The notes: generated from the sequence alone by a model not told the origin. A DNA stretch of 64,000 nucleotides from Vermamoeba vermiformis (GCA_045837725.1 JBEWZL010000221.1:1-64000), one strand, 5' to 3'; counted from the first letter of the stretch, positions 42,339 to 57,200 are shown. A program made the numbers and translations.

Positions 42339-43572
42339 TTATTCGTCGGAGGTTTGAGGAGCCTCTTGGCGATCACCACCACGGAAGCCACCACGACCAC
42401 CACGGAAACCACCACGGCGACCACGGAATCCTCCACGGCCACCCTCAGGGCGCTCACCGCGTTGTTCACGGTCACGCTCTTCACGGTGGTACTTCTCGAC
42501 CTTAGGGGCAGACAAGAATTCGGAGTAGTGAGCGAAGGGGTGGTTGAGCAATCTGTGCTCGGGCCACAAATCGGGGGTCAAGAAAGAGTAAGTGGCAGTG
42601 ATGGCAGCGAAGGTAGCCTTGGCGAAGTTACCGAGGGTCTTGGTTGAACCCTTGGATGAAGTGTAGACGTCATCAATACCGGCGATGGTCAAGATCTTCT
42701 TGGGGACACGGGCAGAGACGATACCAGTACCACGAGGAGCAGGGACCAAGCGGACAGTGACGGAACCGCACTTACCGGTCACCTTGCAAGGAACGGTGTG
42801 GGGCAAACCGATCTTGTTACCCCAGAAACCTCTGCGAACAGGGACGACAGAGAGCTTGGCGGCAATGATGGCACCACGGATAGCGGTGGCAACTTCCTTG
42901 GAGCACTTAACGCCCAAACCGCAGTGACCGTTGGAGTCACCGACCATAACGTAGGCCTTGAAGCGGGTACGTTGACCGGCCATAGTTTGCTTTTGGACGG
43001 GGGAGATCTTGAGGACTTCATCCTTCAATCCCTATATTGAAGCAAAATATTTAGTATGTTGAGGGAACATTGTTTAAATACGATTAAGAAAATTTGTTAT
43101 TATTATGGTGGTGGATTTCGATCGCGATCCAGAAACGGTTTGTGGAGCCTTCTCGCGCAAAATTAACAATTATCTATGATAATAATACTAACCTTGCCAC
43201 CGTCAAAGAAGTAGTCAATGATTTGGAACTCCTTGACGGGGATGGAGTGGAGGTAGATATCCTCCAAACGAGCAATCTTGCCGTCCTTAACAAGGCGACC
43301 CAACTTGGTAACGGGAACCCAAGCGGCTTCTTCCTTGTTGTCACGGTCACCACGGCGACCACGACGATCACCGCGACGATCGCCACGGCGACCAAATCCT
43401 CGACGCTCTGTTTAAAAAATATTTTAATACAAATGTCCATACAATTATAATAATTGGTAATTGTATAACATATTTAGCATGCAAATGTAATTAAGAGAAA
43501 ATTTGTAAGCTGGAGATTTGATAACTTACCACCACGGGGTTGATCGGCTCTGGTAGTAGTAGTATCGGCCAT
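42339..43572 (-). CDS. RPS2: 40S ribosomal protein S2 (uS5)
   Basis: [45 protein letters not shown]-rich termini. Confidence 0.98.
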
Positions 43573-43699
43573 TGCTGAACACGAACATTATTAAATAATC
43601 CAAGTAATCAATAGTCAAAGACTTACATCGATATTGTATTTAATGTGTGGTGGAAAACAGAAATGAAGGACACCGGAGAAAAAAATAAAAGGCAAAAAT

Positions 43700-43725
43700 C
43701 GTGACTTAATCGAACCGTGACTTAA
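43700..43725. promoter_or_regulatory. Duplicated CGTGACTTAA motif upstream of RPS2
   Basis: Exact 10-mer at 43700 and 43716, just upstream of the RPS2 5' exon. Confidence 0.4.
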
Positions 43726-43890
43726 CTGAAAACTTCGTTAACTTTTTGTTTGTGGCTGATACATCTTTTTGTGGTTCAATTGAGCAAGGTGGCATGTTTC
43801 ATTTACCGTAAAGTGATTTCTAATCTGCTCGCCGTCCGATCCGATCTCGGAGATGCGGGTTGAAGAATACCAAACTTTATCGATTAGAAT

Positions 43891-45811
43891 TTACAACATA
43901 CTCTTCTTGTTTCGTTGTTTGTGCTCCGATAACTGAAGTTCATTGGGTCCTAGCTTTGAGAAGTATCGCGCAACAACGTCATCCGAAACTTCAGGTACGC
44001 TTGCGGGTTGCCATTTCGCGTTCTTGTCCTTATCTACCAACAGTGCTCTGACACCTTCGAAGAAGTCATGGCCTTCCATAAACTTTTGCGAGATTCTGTA
44101 TTCCATCTTCAAGCACTCGTCCAAAGGAAGCTTCGCTCCTTCTCTGAGTGATTTAAACACAACCTTCAAGCTGGTTGGCGACATCTTCTTCATAGTAGCC
44201 AAAGTTTCTTTGGCCCATGGAGTGTTCTCGGCTTCTAAAGCAAAGATAATGTCTTCAACTGACTTCTTGTTGAAAAGACGGTCAATTTCTTCACGGTGTG
44301 CGTCAAACTCGCTCTTGTGGTCTGGCACGTGTTAGAACATTGGCATCATTTAGAATTGCACGCTTACTAATGATTTCGTCTTGGTGAGGCTTAGCGAACT
44401 CTCTGATTAACTTGTCAATTTCGATATCGGTGGCAGTGTGATCTGTCTTCTTAGTGAGCTCGACCAAGGCGTTTTCGAATTCAGGAAGACGAGCAGAGGG
44501 AAGCCAGTGAGTAGCAACGTGAGCCTTACTAATATGGCGGGTTAATATAATTTGTGAAGGCGTCTTTAGACGAGCAAACTTACAGCAAGTCGATGCCCTT
44601 CAAACGAGCACCAGTCAGACCCAAGTACATGCCGAGCTCTCCAGGCAGTCTAGGCAAGAAGTGAGAGCCACCAACATCGCAGAAAAATCCAATGGCTAGT
44701 TGGTAGTTAGATAACCTGAGGAATTTTTTAACACAAAAGTTGCTTACCCGTTTCAGGCATGGCGAACAGAGTGTTTTCAGTAGCGATTCGGAATTTGCCG
44801 TGAACCGAAAGACCAACGCCACCGCCCACTAATAACACGTGTTAGTATATTTTGCTCATTTGTCTTGGCTTCTAATTACGTACTTGTGATACCGTCCAAC
44901 AAGGCGATGTGGTTAGTGTGAAGAGTGCCAATTAAATGGTTCAATACGTATTCCTCGCGGAAAAAGTCGCTGCCAAGGGGTCCGCCAGTCTTTTTCGAGT
45001 CATAGATTGCTGAGAGTACACGGAATTAGATCCGATTGGCTATATTATTCGGGATTGTTCCTCCGTACCTCGAATGTCACCACCGGCGCAAAAGGCCTTG
45101 TTGCCCATGCCCTTCAAAACGACAGCTTTGATAGTGGGATCTCTCTCGTACTCCTGCAATGAAGGTTATCAGGTTTAGATCAACTTTTAAGCAAAATTCT
45201 ATGCCCTACGAAAACTCGCACTTACTTGGTATTTAGGAGTCAATTTGCGAACCATGTCCAAGTTAAGAGCGTTGAGTGCCTTGGGGCGGTTCAAAGTGAC
45301 GGAGACGACGTTGCCTTTTCGTTCAAACAAGACAGGTTCCTGTCCAGATGGGTCAACTCAAAATACCAATCAAATAATACATCCAAAAATTATAATAATT
45401 AAATCATATTAATATTTAAATATTCGGGCGTTGTTTCGTCAAATGATTGCAAGCATTTGAATTGTTACATTAGCCACGTGCAACGTGGATCTCGTTCCTA
45501 TACCAAGCAATATAATAAATAATTACCTCTGATTCTGATTTATGGTGTGTGCTCATGTTTCTGCCTATTCATAAATCAGTCAATTAATGGTCAAATTGCC
45601 GAAGATTTTATTGAAATATTTTTCGCAACGTATCATGAGACTTTACCTTTAAGAGTAAGAACAATAGGAGATTTTTGTACCTAATAATAGCGAAAATTAA
45701 TATTATTCATTGCAGGAAGTTTGTAAGAGGATCAATTGAGGGATGACCGTGGATTGGGCTACTTACGCGAGGAGCGGCTAACTTGGCCAACAATTGTACT
45801 TTGCCGAACAT
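43891..45811 (-). CDS. HIBCH: 3-hydroxyisobutyryl-CoA hydrolase, mitochondrial
   Basis: [63 protein letters not shown]. Confidence 0.95.
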
Positions 45812-46306
45812 ATGCCTTGTGTATTACAATGAAAAGGTGTTGAAAATTTTCTGGCCTTTGTTCGGGTTGGCCGTTTTTTGTTGGACGGGCGCGTTAAAAA
45901 TTGACCGTGCAAATTAAACAAAAAAACTCAACTTTTGCGACCTCACGACCACGGAGTACCCTCCACGCATTCAGCTTGTTTGTATAATAAATAGTGTAAG
46001 TAAGCAGGAAGTGACACTTCATAGCCGTTAGAGGTGCAGCTTACGGTCTAAACTTTTCTATTTGCCGCTCTGCGCAAGTACTTATTATTTCTATCATTTG
46101 TATGCTAATATAGGATATATGCGGTTCATATTCACTTGCAAATTCGAATGAATTGTAGCGCAATTCTGGAATTCTATAGAATAAACGTTTTTAGAATTAG
46201 TCGTAATTATTGTCGCTGAGCGTGCTAGTAGCAATATTGGAAAGAAATATTTAAATTCATTATTGAAACTGTTTTTAGCTGACATTTATTATTTTTAGCA
46301 GCGAAG

Positions 46307-47301
46307 ATGCAATCTGGAATTGGAAACACCAGCGTCAAGGGCTTTATTATAGGTAAGGTCCAAAATATAAGCAGTTCGCAACGATAACGAACGTGTTTCG
46401 TTTCGGTGATCTCCTTGCGTTCCAACCGAAATCCCTCAATATTTCTCAACTAAGCTAACTTTTGTATTTTAGTATATATTATTGCATATTTGTGCTGCAA
46501 CGTCCCTATTAACATTGCTGGCCTTGTCAGTAAGTCGAGATCCGGAAATAACCGTGTCAGACAACGTTCGTTAATTTGCTAATTATTGTAGTTGCCTCTA
46601 CCAAGTACGAGTCTTGTATTTCTAGCTCAACTTTGACTGCCGACCATGGTGTAAGACCAATAGTCCACCTCATACACGCTAAATTTAGCTTTCTTTAATC
46701 TCGTATTCCAGATAACTTAATTCACTCGTACAAAAAATACCAATAATTAATATTATTCTATTGTAGTTGCCCTTATGGGTTATCGTTTTTTGCGCCGTTG
46801 GTCTTGGATCCATTTTCATTAATATTCCGTTGATTCTCTTGTCCTTCAAATGCTTGTAAGTATCGCTGCTATTAGTGTGCAATATGATTTGTGGATATGT
46901 ATCCAAAATTCAATTAAGATACGAACACTAAATTGGATCCACAACCGCGAATCACATATAATCTGCTTAATTATTACGCCTTTGCTAACTTGCCTTGAAT
47001 TATAGCAAGAGCTTCTTGCCCATCATGATATTCTTCGTCATTAACAGCTTGTTTACTTTGGCTTGGTTTATATACGGAGGTGTGGTCTTGTTCTCTAACA
47101 ACGGATCTGGCTTCGCTTGCGTAAGTAGACGAATTATATTAAAACTTTCAGCCTTTGCTAATATTAATATAGCGCGATTCAATTAATTCCGATGGCTTCC
47201 AAGTGTGGCAAGTTGGTTTGGCAGTTTGGATCATTGCTTTGGTTGGTGGCTGCGGTCAATTGAGCACTCGTAGAATTGCTGACAGCAGATCTAACCGTTA
47301 A
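46307..47301 (+). CDS. Small multi-pass membrane protein
   Basis: Short hydrophobic exons (LPLWVIVFCAVG, FFVINSLFTLAWFIYGGVVLF, VGLAVWIIALVG) joined by GT-AG introns. Confidence 0.6.
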
Positions 47302-47483
47302 AATACTTAATATTCATTAAGTCAGTTTTGTTATATTACTCTATTTATGCCATAATAAACCTAATACTTCAAAAATCAATCTTAAGTTAAGTCCGTTTGT
47401 GCCATAAGGGCGTTATTAATATCTACGATTGGTTTATTATGTATGTACAAGGAGTTGGCGATAGAAGTTAACTGGTGGAAATC

Positions 47484-48784
47484 TTAAGGATTGAGTTGAT
47501 CCACGTTCGCTACACCACTCGTGGCAGCCTCTTGAAGAGCAGCGCGCAATGAGTGGCTGTTAGGGAAGTGATCCAAGATGGTGTTCCACGACTTGTATTC
47601 GCCTTGCTTGACTTCAATGCGTAATTTGCCGGATCCATCTGCAAAGTCACGCACATCCCAGCCAATAATATTCGACGAAGAGGTAATGCTCACCTAAAAT
47701 AAAACATTAGTTTCGACAATACATATATTAGCGTAAATCTCAGGTGACTTTTCTGATTCAATAGGCCGCTGAGTATTCAAGTATGATAATTACCTTCCAA
47801 ATCTTAGAGCCATATAATTTGTTCAACATAGGCACGTAAGGGTTCAAAAAACAGAACAAGGCGCGTCTGAAAACAAAAACGAAAAAAAGTTAGTCAAACA
47901 ATAAACCATATTAGACCAATTCAAACACAATAATGAATGTAAAATAAGTATATGATGTATATAATGTATATCGTACCTAGTGGTGGGCATCACAATGACA
48001 ACACGCTGCGAAGTGACGATCATGTAAGTCTCGTAGACAGTGTACACGGACATGATGGCAAAATAGACGATAAGACCGATGAGAATACCGATCATCATTT
48101 GAATCCAATCCGATTCGAACACTGGATAGACCAAGACTATATAACGAAAGTTAGTGAATGGAAAACCCTAAATAAAAATGGGATCTGAATTTTTCGTTCG
48201 TTTCATGAATCGGTAACCATTGATATTTGCATAATTAATATACGTGTATTATGCGCGTATTTATCGGCTGATATTGACAAGGTTCAAAGGGAAAAGTACG
48301 CATTTTGTGGACTGCCGGTATGAAATCCGGTGTGCGTTTCATGACAAAATTCTTAACGGTATGAGTATGATTACTATACTTACATAATAACGCTGAGCTC
48401 AATACAGCAAAAATGGCCAATTTTACCATGAAACGCTTCGCGATGGGTTGAGTGGTGATCTTAACTTCCTCTTCCAAGCCTCTTTGACCTTCCCATTCGC
48501 CACTATAAATCGCAAAAATTCATTAATAATTATACGATCGTTTTTTCGTTATTTTACAACAAAATTGGGGAGAAATAGCAAATCCGAAAAAAACGAATTA
48601 TATTTCCAAAAATACGGCGTTTAATTAATTATAAAAAATAGGATACTTACGCGAATGTTGTAGGAAGGGTAACAATATCAGTTTGAACATCAGCAGCTGC
48701 AGGGAAAAATCTTGCAAGTAGGTCATCAACCTTATGTTGCAGGAAGCTGGGCAAAATATTCATCAAAATATAAGATGATTCCAT
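47484..48784 (-). CDS. Hypothetical two-TM membrane protein
   Basis: ORFs 48235-48477, 47844-48134 and 47484-47693 splice together; the TM pair is followed by IVTSQRVVI (bPH-like). Confidence 0.6.
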
Positions 48785-48891
48785 TTTAATATAATTAACG
48801 ATCACGTTGCTGATTCAGTTGTGGATCTCGTCTTCGGGAGCTAAACAAGAAAAAAAATGTCGACGTCAGAGTTATTTGTCGCGAAAAGTGA

Positions 48892-51639
48892 ATGTACCGC
48901 ACACTACTCTGCTCGTCTCGTATATTCAAAAACGCTACAAGGCAGAGCAACTCAAAAACTTCTTCACTTTTTCAATTTTTCTCGAATCAAAGACAACATC
49001 TGACTTCACCTTCAATGGCTGATTTAACTAAGCTTAGAGAACTTCTTAAAAAGGAAAATATTGGAGCTTACATTATTCCCACCGAGGACGCTCATCAAGT
49101 AAGTCTTTCACTCGGTTTGTCAGATTTGAAAATTTCAATTCTAATTTCCCTCGAATATTTTTAACCAAAATATCTTCGTAAAATAGAGCGAATATATTGC
49201 AGATTGCGATAAGCGAAGAGAATATATTTCTGGTTTCACTGGATCAGCAGGTAAGAAATGGAAAGCCATCAAAAATTTTTCTTCTTTTATTTGCCATCAT
49301 ATTTAAATTGCTATTATATTGTCAATATTTGTAATTAGGATATCAATTAACATTATGTTGTAGGCACTGCTGTTGTCACTTTGGATCACGCAGCTTTGTG
49401 GACCGACGGCCGATACTACTTGCAGGTAATTCTTATCAAATACTAATTAATCGTTTATCGATTAATAATTTTAAATTTTGAAGGCCGAAAAAGAGCTCGG
49501 CAAAGGCTGGACTTTGATGAAAGGAGGTCTGCCCACCACTCCTACTCAAGCTGCTTGGTTGAAGACTGTAAGCAGCTATTAGCCCATATAATGTGGCATT
49601 TAAATATAGTCGCTGACTATGATACAAATAGGTCTTGGCCGCTGATAGTGTTGTTGGCTATGACCCGCAATTGTTCTCAAAAGGTACGTGGTCACCTGGC
49701 ACTTCGAACCAAAAATTAATTAAAGCGATTAAATAGCTACTGCTCGCACCAACGAGACTCAAATGAGCCAATCTGGACTTAAATTCAAGCCTGTATTGGA
49801 CAACTTGGTCGATAAAGTTTGGGAGAACAAGCCTAAGGCTCCCAGCGCCAATGTTTTTGTTCACCCTGTAAAATACGCTGGCGAGGTAAGTACATGCATA
49901 TATATTACAGTTCCGTATTAAAATTTCTTATTAGAGTCATTCCAGCAAACTCGGAAAAGTTCGCGAATATTTGAAGTCAAACAATGCTGACGCAGTTGTC
50001 ATCGCTGCTTTGGACGAAGTTGCTTGTAAGTGACAAATAATTACTATTATATGACAATATCGAAGTCTAATGTATCTTTACAGGGTTGTTCAATTTGCGT
50101 GGTTCAGACATTTCGTTCAATCCTGTGTTCATTTCATACGCTGTTGTCACCGCTGACAAGGCTCACTTGTTTGTCAATCCGTCTAAGCTCACTGATGAAG
50201 GTACATTATCTAATAGTGAATAATAATACACCGAAGTGGAGGAATATTAATTGCTAATTGTCTTACAGTCAAAACTCACCTCGGCAATGAAGTTGAAATT
50301 CACGAGTATGACGCTGTGTTTGGATTCGTGAAGAAACTGTCAGACGAGAAGAAGGTCAGTTATTCCGCACCAACAAATATGCCAGTAGTTTTCATATTTA
50401 CGTTTAATGTTTAGATTATTGCTTTGGATCCTGCCAAGTGCAACATGAAACTATTCGCTAGTGTTGCTGATGTAAGGCACAATGTAGCAGTAATACACGC
50501 GACAATCATTTAATGAGAACAATAGGTATCTATCTGTGAGATCAGCTCGCCTATCACACACCCCAAGGGCATCAAGAACGAAGTTGAACTCGAAGGCATG
50601 CGTCAAGCTCACCTCCGCGACGCCGTGGCGATGGTCAAATTCTTCACGTGGTTGGAAGATGAATTGAAAAACGGCAAAAAGCACGATGAAGTGTCGATTG
50701 CCGACAAGCTCGAGCAGTTCAGAAGCCAGCAAAAAGATTACGTCAGTTTGAGCTTCGACACCATCGCCGGATCTGGCGGCAACGGCGCGATCATTCACTA
50801 TCACGCACACAAAGAGACGTGTGCACCTGTCACTACTGACAAACTGCTCTTGTTGGACTCTGGTGCTCAATACAGGCACGTGCCTACTACACTTAACGAA
50901 TTTCCTAATTAGGAAACTAACTTGTCAAGCAGAGACGGTACTACTGACGTGACTCGTACCGTGCACTTTGGCACACCTTCAGCTGAAGAGAAACACGCCT
51001 ACACGAGAGTGTTGCAAGGCCACATTGGATTGGACCGCGCGGTGTTCCCTGACGGCACTTCTGGTACGTACAAAGTTGACTATGAGTTTTTGCATGGCTC
51101 TAACGAATGATTTTTTGCAGGTGGTAAATTAGATATTCTTGCTCGTGCCCCGTTATGGCAAAGTGGCCTCGAATATCGTCACGGCACAGGTCACGGTGTC
51201 GGTGCGTTCTTGAACGTGCACGAAGGTCCGCACGGCATTTCATTCCGAGACAGCGCTTTTCAAGTGGCACTCAAGCCCGGCATGATTGTCACAAACGAGC
51301 CTGGTATGTACAAATATGGTATTGGTCACGTGATTTTTGCTAACAAACGGACTTGAAGGCTATTACGAGGACGGCAAGTTCGGTGTGCGCATTGAAAGTG
51401 TGTTGATTGTGCGAGAAGTCAAGACCCCGCACAACTTCGGTGGTGCTAAGTACTTTGGCTTCGAACACATTACTATGGTGCCTATTCAGACCAAGTTGAT
51501 TGACACCTCGTTGATGAGCCCAGTTGAAATTGAGTGGGTGAATAACTTCAACAAGGAGTGTCACGACAAATTAGCGCCATTGTTGGGCGACGATCACCAC
51601 GCTTTGGAGTGGTTGAAGAAAGAGACTAAGGCCATTTAA
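48892..51639 (+). CDS. Xaa-Pro aminopeptidase (M24B, XPNPEP1-like)
   Basis: [68 protein letters not shown]. In-frame ATGs at 48892 and 49015. Confidence 0.96.
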
Positions 51640-51774
51640 ATATGTTATCAATAAATTGGGCTTATTTCTTCAGCACTGTCGAGAAATCATTTGCGAAATT
51701 CCTTGCTGGGTCTCGCGATCCTGTTTTTTGGGTGCTTGGCGTATTCAAACAAACGAAAAGTTTTACCAAGAGCA

Positions 51775-53232
51775 ATGCAATCGCTCAGTGGAATAAAAAA
51801 GATTTTAATTGCTGGTGGAACTGGCTGGCTAGGTAAGACAGTTTTGGACTTCATGTTACGATTTTTACCGTAAGGTGAAGTCACTTAAAATGCAAAATAT
51901 TTTAATAATTAAAATATTGCGTAGTAATAATTTTACGATATTAAGGAAAACAAATTAGAGCCCGGATCGGCCAAATTAATTCGCAGATTCAAGTCATATC
52001 AATCTCACGGACTCCTGGACCAAATATTATTACCTGTGACGATATTAAATCAAAAGGTACGTGCAATAAATGATTCGAACAATATTTTATTGGTTCTCTA
52101 GGCATTCCTTCGGACGCGGATGCGGTAGTGAATGTGACAGGCAGAAATATCTTTGAAAAGCGATGGACAGATGAGTTTAAAAAGGAATTAATTGATAGTA
52201 GAGTTAATCCTGTTCGTACTATGGTCCGTATTCGATTAATTGCGACCTATTTGTAACGATTTTTTTGTTCAGGTGGATGCGATCACAAAAGCGGAGGCAA
52301 AAGGAGAATCTAATGTGAAAGTAATGCTAACAGCAAGTGGATCAGCATATCCACCAAGTGAAAGTTCGTATTACATTGTATTTAACTTCCATCAACCTCA
52401 TTACTAACTCGATCTATTTCTCAGCCAAAATTTATACCGAAGACGACGAGTACGGCAATGATTTTGGCGGAATAATTTGCAAAGAGGTCGAAAAAGCAGC
52501 GACATTTCCTAGTAACAGCAAAGTAAGATCAGTTTACATGCGAATTGGAATAGGTACGTTATCGCAGAAGTTTCAGTTTATTATTACGGGAGCGTATACT
52601 AACGTAATATTGTAGTACTGGGCGACGAAAAAGGCGGGGGCTTGCCTTGGTTAATCCCAATGTATAAATGGGGCATTGGCGGGAGATTAGGAAGTGGCAA
52701 ACAATATTTTCCTTGGATCCACGTCGATGACTTGGTAAGCGACTAAAAAAATATATGATACTCTATATGAAAGTCACTTGGTTAATTGACCGGTTTGGCA
52801 CTGGTACTATTTGATTAAAGCGTTTGAGAGACGTCGATCGGATCAATCGCTGATCTCTTTCATTAAATTTAGATGAATATTATCGTTGAGCTGCTGGAAA
52901 ATGGCAAATATAACGGACCTGTGAATATAGTGGCGCCAGGCATAGTCACCAATCAACAGTTGTCGGACACTTTGGCATCCGTTTTGCATCGACCAGCTTT
53001 CTTTTGGAAACCAGCCTTCATCGTCAGTTCAATACTAGGTATTACTAATATAACATAAAATATATTCGTATTAATATCATGGTTAATAGGAGAAAGATCG
53101 TACATCATTTTAACAGGCAGAAATGTCGTACCGAAAAAACTGTTGGAATTCAATTACGATTTCAAGTACAAAGCTTTAAGACCTGCCCTAGAAGAGCTCG
53201 TAAAGCGATATTATTCATATGATAATGCTTAA
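51775..53232 (+). CDS. TIGR01777 / SDR39U1-like NAD-dependent epimerase family protein
   Basis: ILIAGGTGWLG, AVVNVTG, LIDSRV, GGRLGSGKQYFPWIHVDDL, GPVNIVAP. Confidence 0.92.
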
Positions 53233-53437
53233 GTTACGCTTGTAAATAAATTATTTTGCATTGTACAGGACCATAGTGTTTTGTTGCTTGATTGAAAAAT
53301 ATATAATTGTAATAATTCGTGGGATCATTAAGAGTATTTCGCGACATCAAAAGTTTAGGAAATTTCAAAGGTATTCTTATCAATCAAAAAAGCTGGATTA
53401 AATCGAACCAAAACGATTACTTTATTTGTCGCTTGTA

Positions 53438-56400
53438 TTAATGTTCATCGTGTTCTATTCGTTTGTCGCTCTGTGCTACAGTCTGCCTCAGCGACTCATC
53501 TTCTAAAATTGTAAATAAATCTAATTCTTTGGCGCCACTAGCAGCTAATAATTCTTCCATTTCTCGATGATCATTTTGTTGTGCTATTTTTAGTGGTGTC
53601 AAACCATCGTTCGTCATGCTGTTAGGATTGGCATTCATTGTCAACAGTCTCTTCGCCATATTAATATTTTGTTCTAAAAAAAGATTAGTCCACCTCTGCA
53701 TTTAATTTTATCATTAATTCGGATGTGGATCCGGTCAAAAAAAACTGGGTCCCCTAATGTAGTGTTGTATAATTAAGGACTTACCTGCTACAACAATATG
53801 CAATGGTGTAACACCTTCATCATTTTCTGCGTTAACATCAGCACCAGCGTCTAATAACAGATCTGCAATTTCCCAGTTTTGTTCGTGCAGGGCGATGTGC
53901 AAAGCAGTCACGTGATCAGTTGTTCGTCGCAGTTTAACATCTGCCTTGAGTTCTAATAATTGTTTCACCAACGTGATATTATTGTTATGGCAAGCCTAGT
54001 AAAACATCATAAGAAAAATTTGAATTTTTGGATGTGGATCGAGATCTGGTACTTACAAACATGAGCGGAGTTTGTCCGAAATTATCCGGCAAATTAACTT
54101 CCGGACGTTGTTCTAATAATAGTCCGCAAATGATATTGTTGATTTCAGTCGGTGACATGAACTTATCATCGGAGTTCATTTTCTCTTCGTTCAATCTTTG
54201 CGTTTCTTCTTCGAGATCGTGAATGGGGGTAGATGCTGCGAGCAATAGAGCGGAATAACCATATTCATTGCGTGTATTTACAATCGCTCCATTTTCAAGC
54301 AATAACTTGACGCACTCAAAATTGCCTCCTATTAACACAGTTCGATCAATACAGATCATTACCATATTAGGAAATAACACGTAAATACGATATATTTGGT
54401 CAATTTATCCTAAGTCAATTTTGTGCACAAGTGAATATCTCCACATAAGATAATAAAAGTAAACAATGTCCTTAATAAGATAATTTTGCAAAAATATTGC
54501 GTAACTCAACGCATTGAAGTGAACGTAACAATTTCAATTCTTTTGTCGTGAAATTTCGAGTTAGAAAGTGGTTTGTACGTACTTTGCACGGCAATATGCA
54601 GCGGCGTCCAACCCTCGTTGTTGGGCTGTTCGACGTAGCTAGGGAATCGTTGCAACATCGGCTTGAGACAATCTGCGTAACCACGTGCTGCGATGATGTG
54701 AAGAGGTGAGGCACCAGCAAGGTCCTATGTCATATTGTTAATTAATAAGAGCCTTCATTTCGTCCAAACCACGCACCTTGACATTAAGACTCGCACCGCT
54801 CGTCAATAACAGTTCAATAATTTCGGGGCGACCACTTTTGGCAGCGTAATGCAACGGAGTTTCTCCGTAACGGTTCTGAAATTTCATTAAAATTAGTCCA
54901 CGTGTTTTCACTGAACTAACGATATGTCCTTAATACTTACCGCTGCATTAACATCAGCGTGAGCGTACGACAAAGCTGCCTGCAAAAATTCTGCCGCGCC
55001 TTCCATGCTCGCCAAATGGATCGGAGTTTCTTCGTCTTTCGTCCAATCGTTTACTAAAAAAGGCAATAAGTTATTATTCTGGCAAAAAGTTGTCAAAAAT
55101 TAATACGTACTGCTCAGACCCTTAGCAACAAATAATCGCAATAAATCGGGTCTATTCGCTATTGCTGCTACGTGAATAGCATTCAATCCTTCAGTGTCGC
55201 GATAAACTATTTTCGCGCCTTTTTTGATCATGTATTCAATGGCTTCCACGGGCAGCATCGCTTGCACGGCCAAATGTAACGGCGTAATGCCCTAACATAT
55301 AATATATGAACAACAAGTATAGTGATTTCATATGGCTATTGACTCACGGATTCATCGACAGCGTTAATATTAGATCCGCTGTCAATTAAAAGTTTGATCA
55401 TTTCGAAGTTGCCCCTGTCAAAAGTGTCAATTTTTTTTGCAATGTTTTCGATCGATCGTACCTCGAACATGCCAAGTGCAAAGGGGTAGTGCTGGCATTA
55501 TTTACAGAATTCACTGAAATTCCTTTCTCCACGATGAGTTTTCCCGCGACAGTAGTGTCGTCCATCAAAGCGGCGATGTGCAAAGCATTTTCACCCTTCA
55601 AATGCGTGCCTTGAAAATGTTTGACCAAGTTCATCAAACAATCCAAATGCTTGTTTTGTACTGCGGTCTTGAAATCACTGCAACAATTTTTCCTTTGGAT
55701 CACGGGTCCGGTTGGCGTGTAGACCATTTGACTCGCCGGATCTGAAAATAAATTATCGCTTTCGATATCTTCTTCGTCATCTTCTAACATGCGTTCTTCG
55801 CCCATCATGCGATTTTGGAAAGATCCGTAACTGGATGCGCTAGGACCGTCTTCGTCTTCAATTGGCTGTTCAAGAATTTGTCCTTCATGAATCATATTTT
55901 CCAAGAACGCTGGTTCTTTAATTAGCGTCGGCACTAACGATTTAAATTCGTCTTCGCGTTTTTCTAGCGCTGCAATTTCTTCATCGGTAAAGCCCGGAGA
56001 TTGATTAATTTCTCGGGCCATTTGGTGCTTGAATTCTTCGAATGGAGTATCGGGGATTTCATTCGGAGAATTTTGGCTTTGTTCGATGTATTTTTTGACT
56101 TTTTCTACGAGTTCTGGTGGCATGTCTTGCAATTTTTTGTTTTCAATATTGTCCATTTGATCGGCGAGTTCTCGAATTTGCTGCTCTTCTTCGAATTTTT
56201 CAATGAGCATAAGATAGAATTCTACGGTATGTTTTAAGTTTCGCGGATTTGCTTCCAGTTCTTGAACAACTTCAGGATTATCCAGATCGTATTCAATTCT
56301 TTGCAAAATTGCCTGAGGAATTTCTGTACGGTTTATGATTAATAAAATATGAATAAAATGAATAAATAGAAGCAATTTACCTTTGCCTTCAAGCTTTTTC

Positions 56401-56894
56401 TCCATCAAGATCTTGATCGCCTTGAACAGATCGCGCCTCCTTCGGTTTTTTCTGAGTTTCTTATTCTTTTTCGACTATATTAAAATAACAATTAGCATTC
56501 ATAATAAAATGCGGCTGCGTGCGCGCGTTAATTGCTGGATCCACGAAGTGAGTTCATTAACTTATTTCAGAAAATACATTAAATTGTTTATATAATATGA
56601 TAATACACTAATACTTACGTTAGATATATTCCTAATAAATAAATAATTTTTTTGTTCAAACAAACTTCTCGATCCACAAATCTGCGTTCGGATCGAGAGC
56701 TCATTGATTAAAGGACTAGTGTTACTCGTTGCAAATATTTTTTTACTAATATTTGACGAGGAATAACACCTTTTACTTGACTGTTCAGACGGTAATCGAA
56801 ATAACGATCCGGATCTGACACAAGCAGATTTGACGCTGGGTGTCTTCGTCAAAAGTCCTAATGTGCGACTTGTTGAATGTACAAGCCGTTGCAT
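53438..56894 (-). CDS. Ankyrin-repeat protein with a mitochondrial-presequence-like N-terminus
   Basis: Many TPLH/ALH ankyrin repeats; Arg/Ser-rich N-terminus MQRLVHSTSRTLG..KRCYSS. Confidence 0.88.
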
Positions 56895-57200
56895 TTCGTC
56901 TTGGTTGAATTTACGATTTAAAAAGACAATTTTTGTCCAAACCAAATTGCAACTCCGAATCTGTTACAAATTGGTGCAACTTCCGAATCTGTTGGAAGAC
57001 ATCTCACTGGCGGAATAGCCAATAGAGGCAATCTATTCTTTGACTATTCAAAATTCAGGCTTGAATTAGCCTCAATGAAAGGGTATTTAGCCGAAAATAA
57101 TCGTTTATTCTAAATCTGCAAGGTTTCTATTTCTTCAACAAATACATACCAAACAGTGTGAATATGAGTAAACCCATAACCAAAATATTTCCGTCGGGAA

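Noticed and set aside
42370-42445. ccacggaa/ccacggcg tandem repeats
   Set aside because: They encode the RGG-rich tail of RPS2.
56944-56993. Duplicated tgcaact(t)ccgaatctgtt upstream of the ankyrin gene
   Set aside because: A two-copy local duplication with no further evidence of function.
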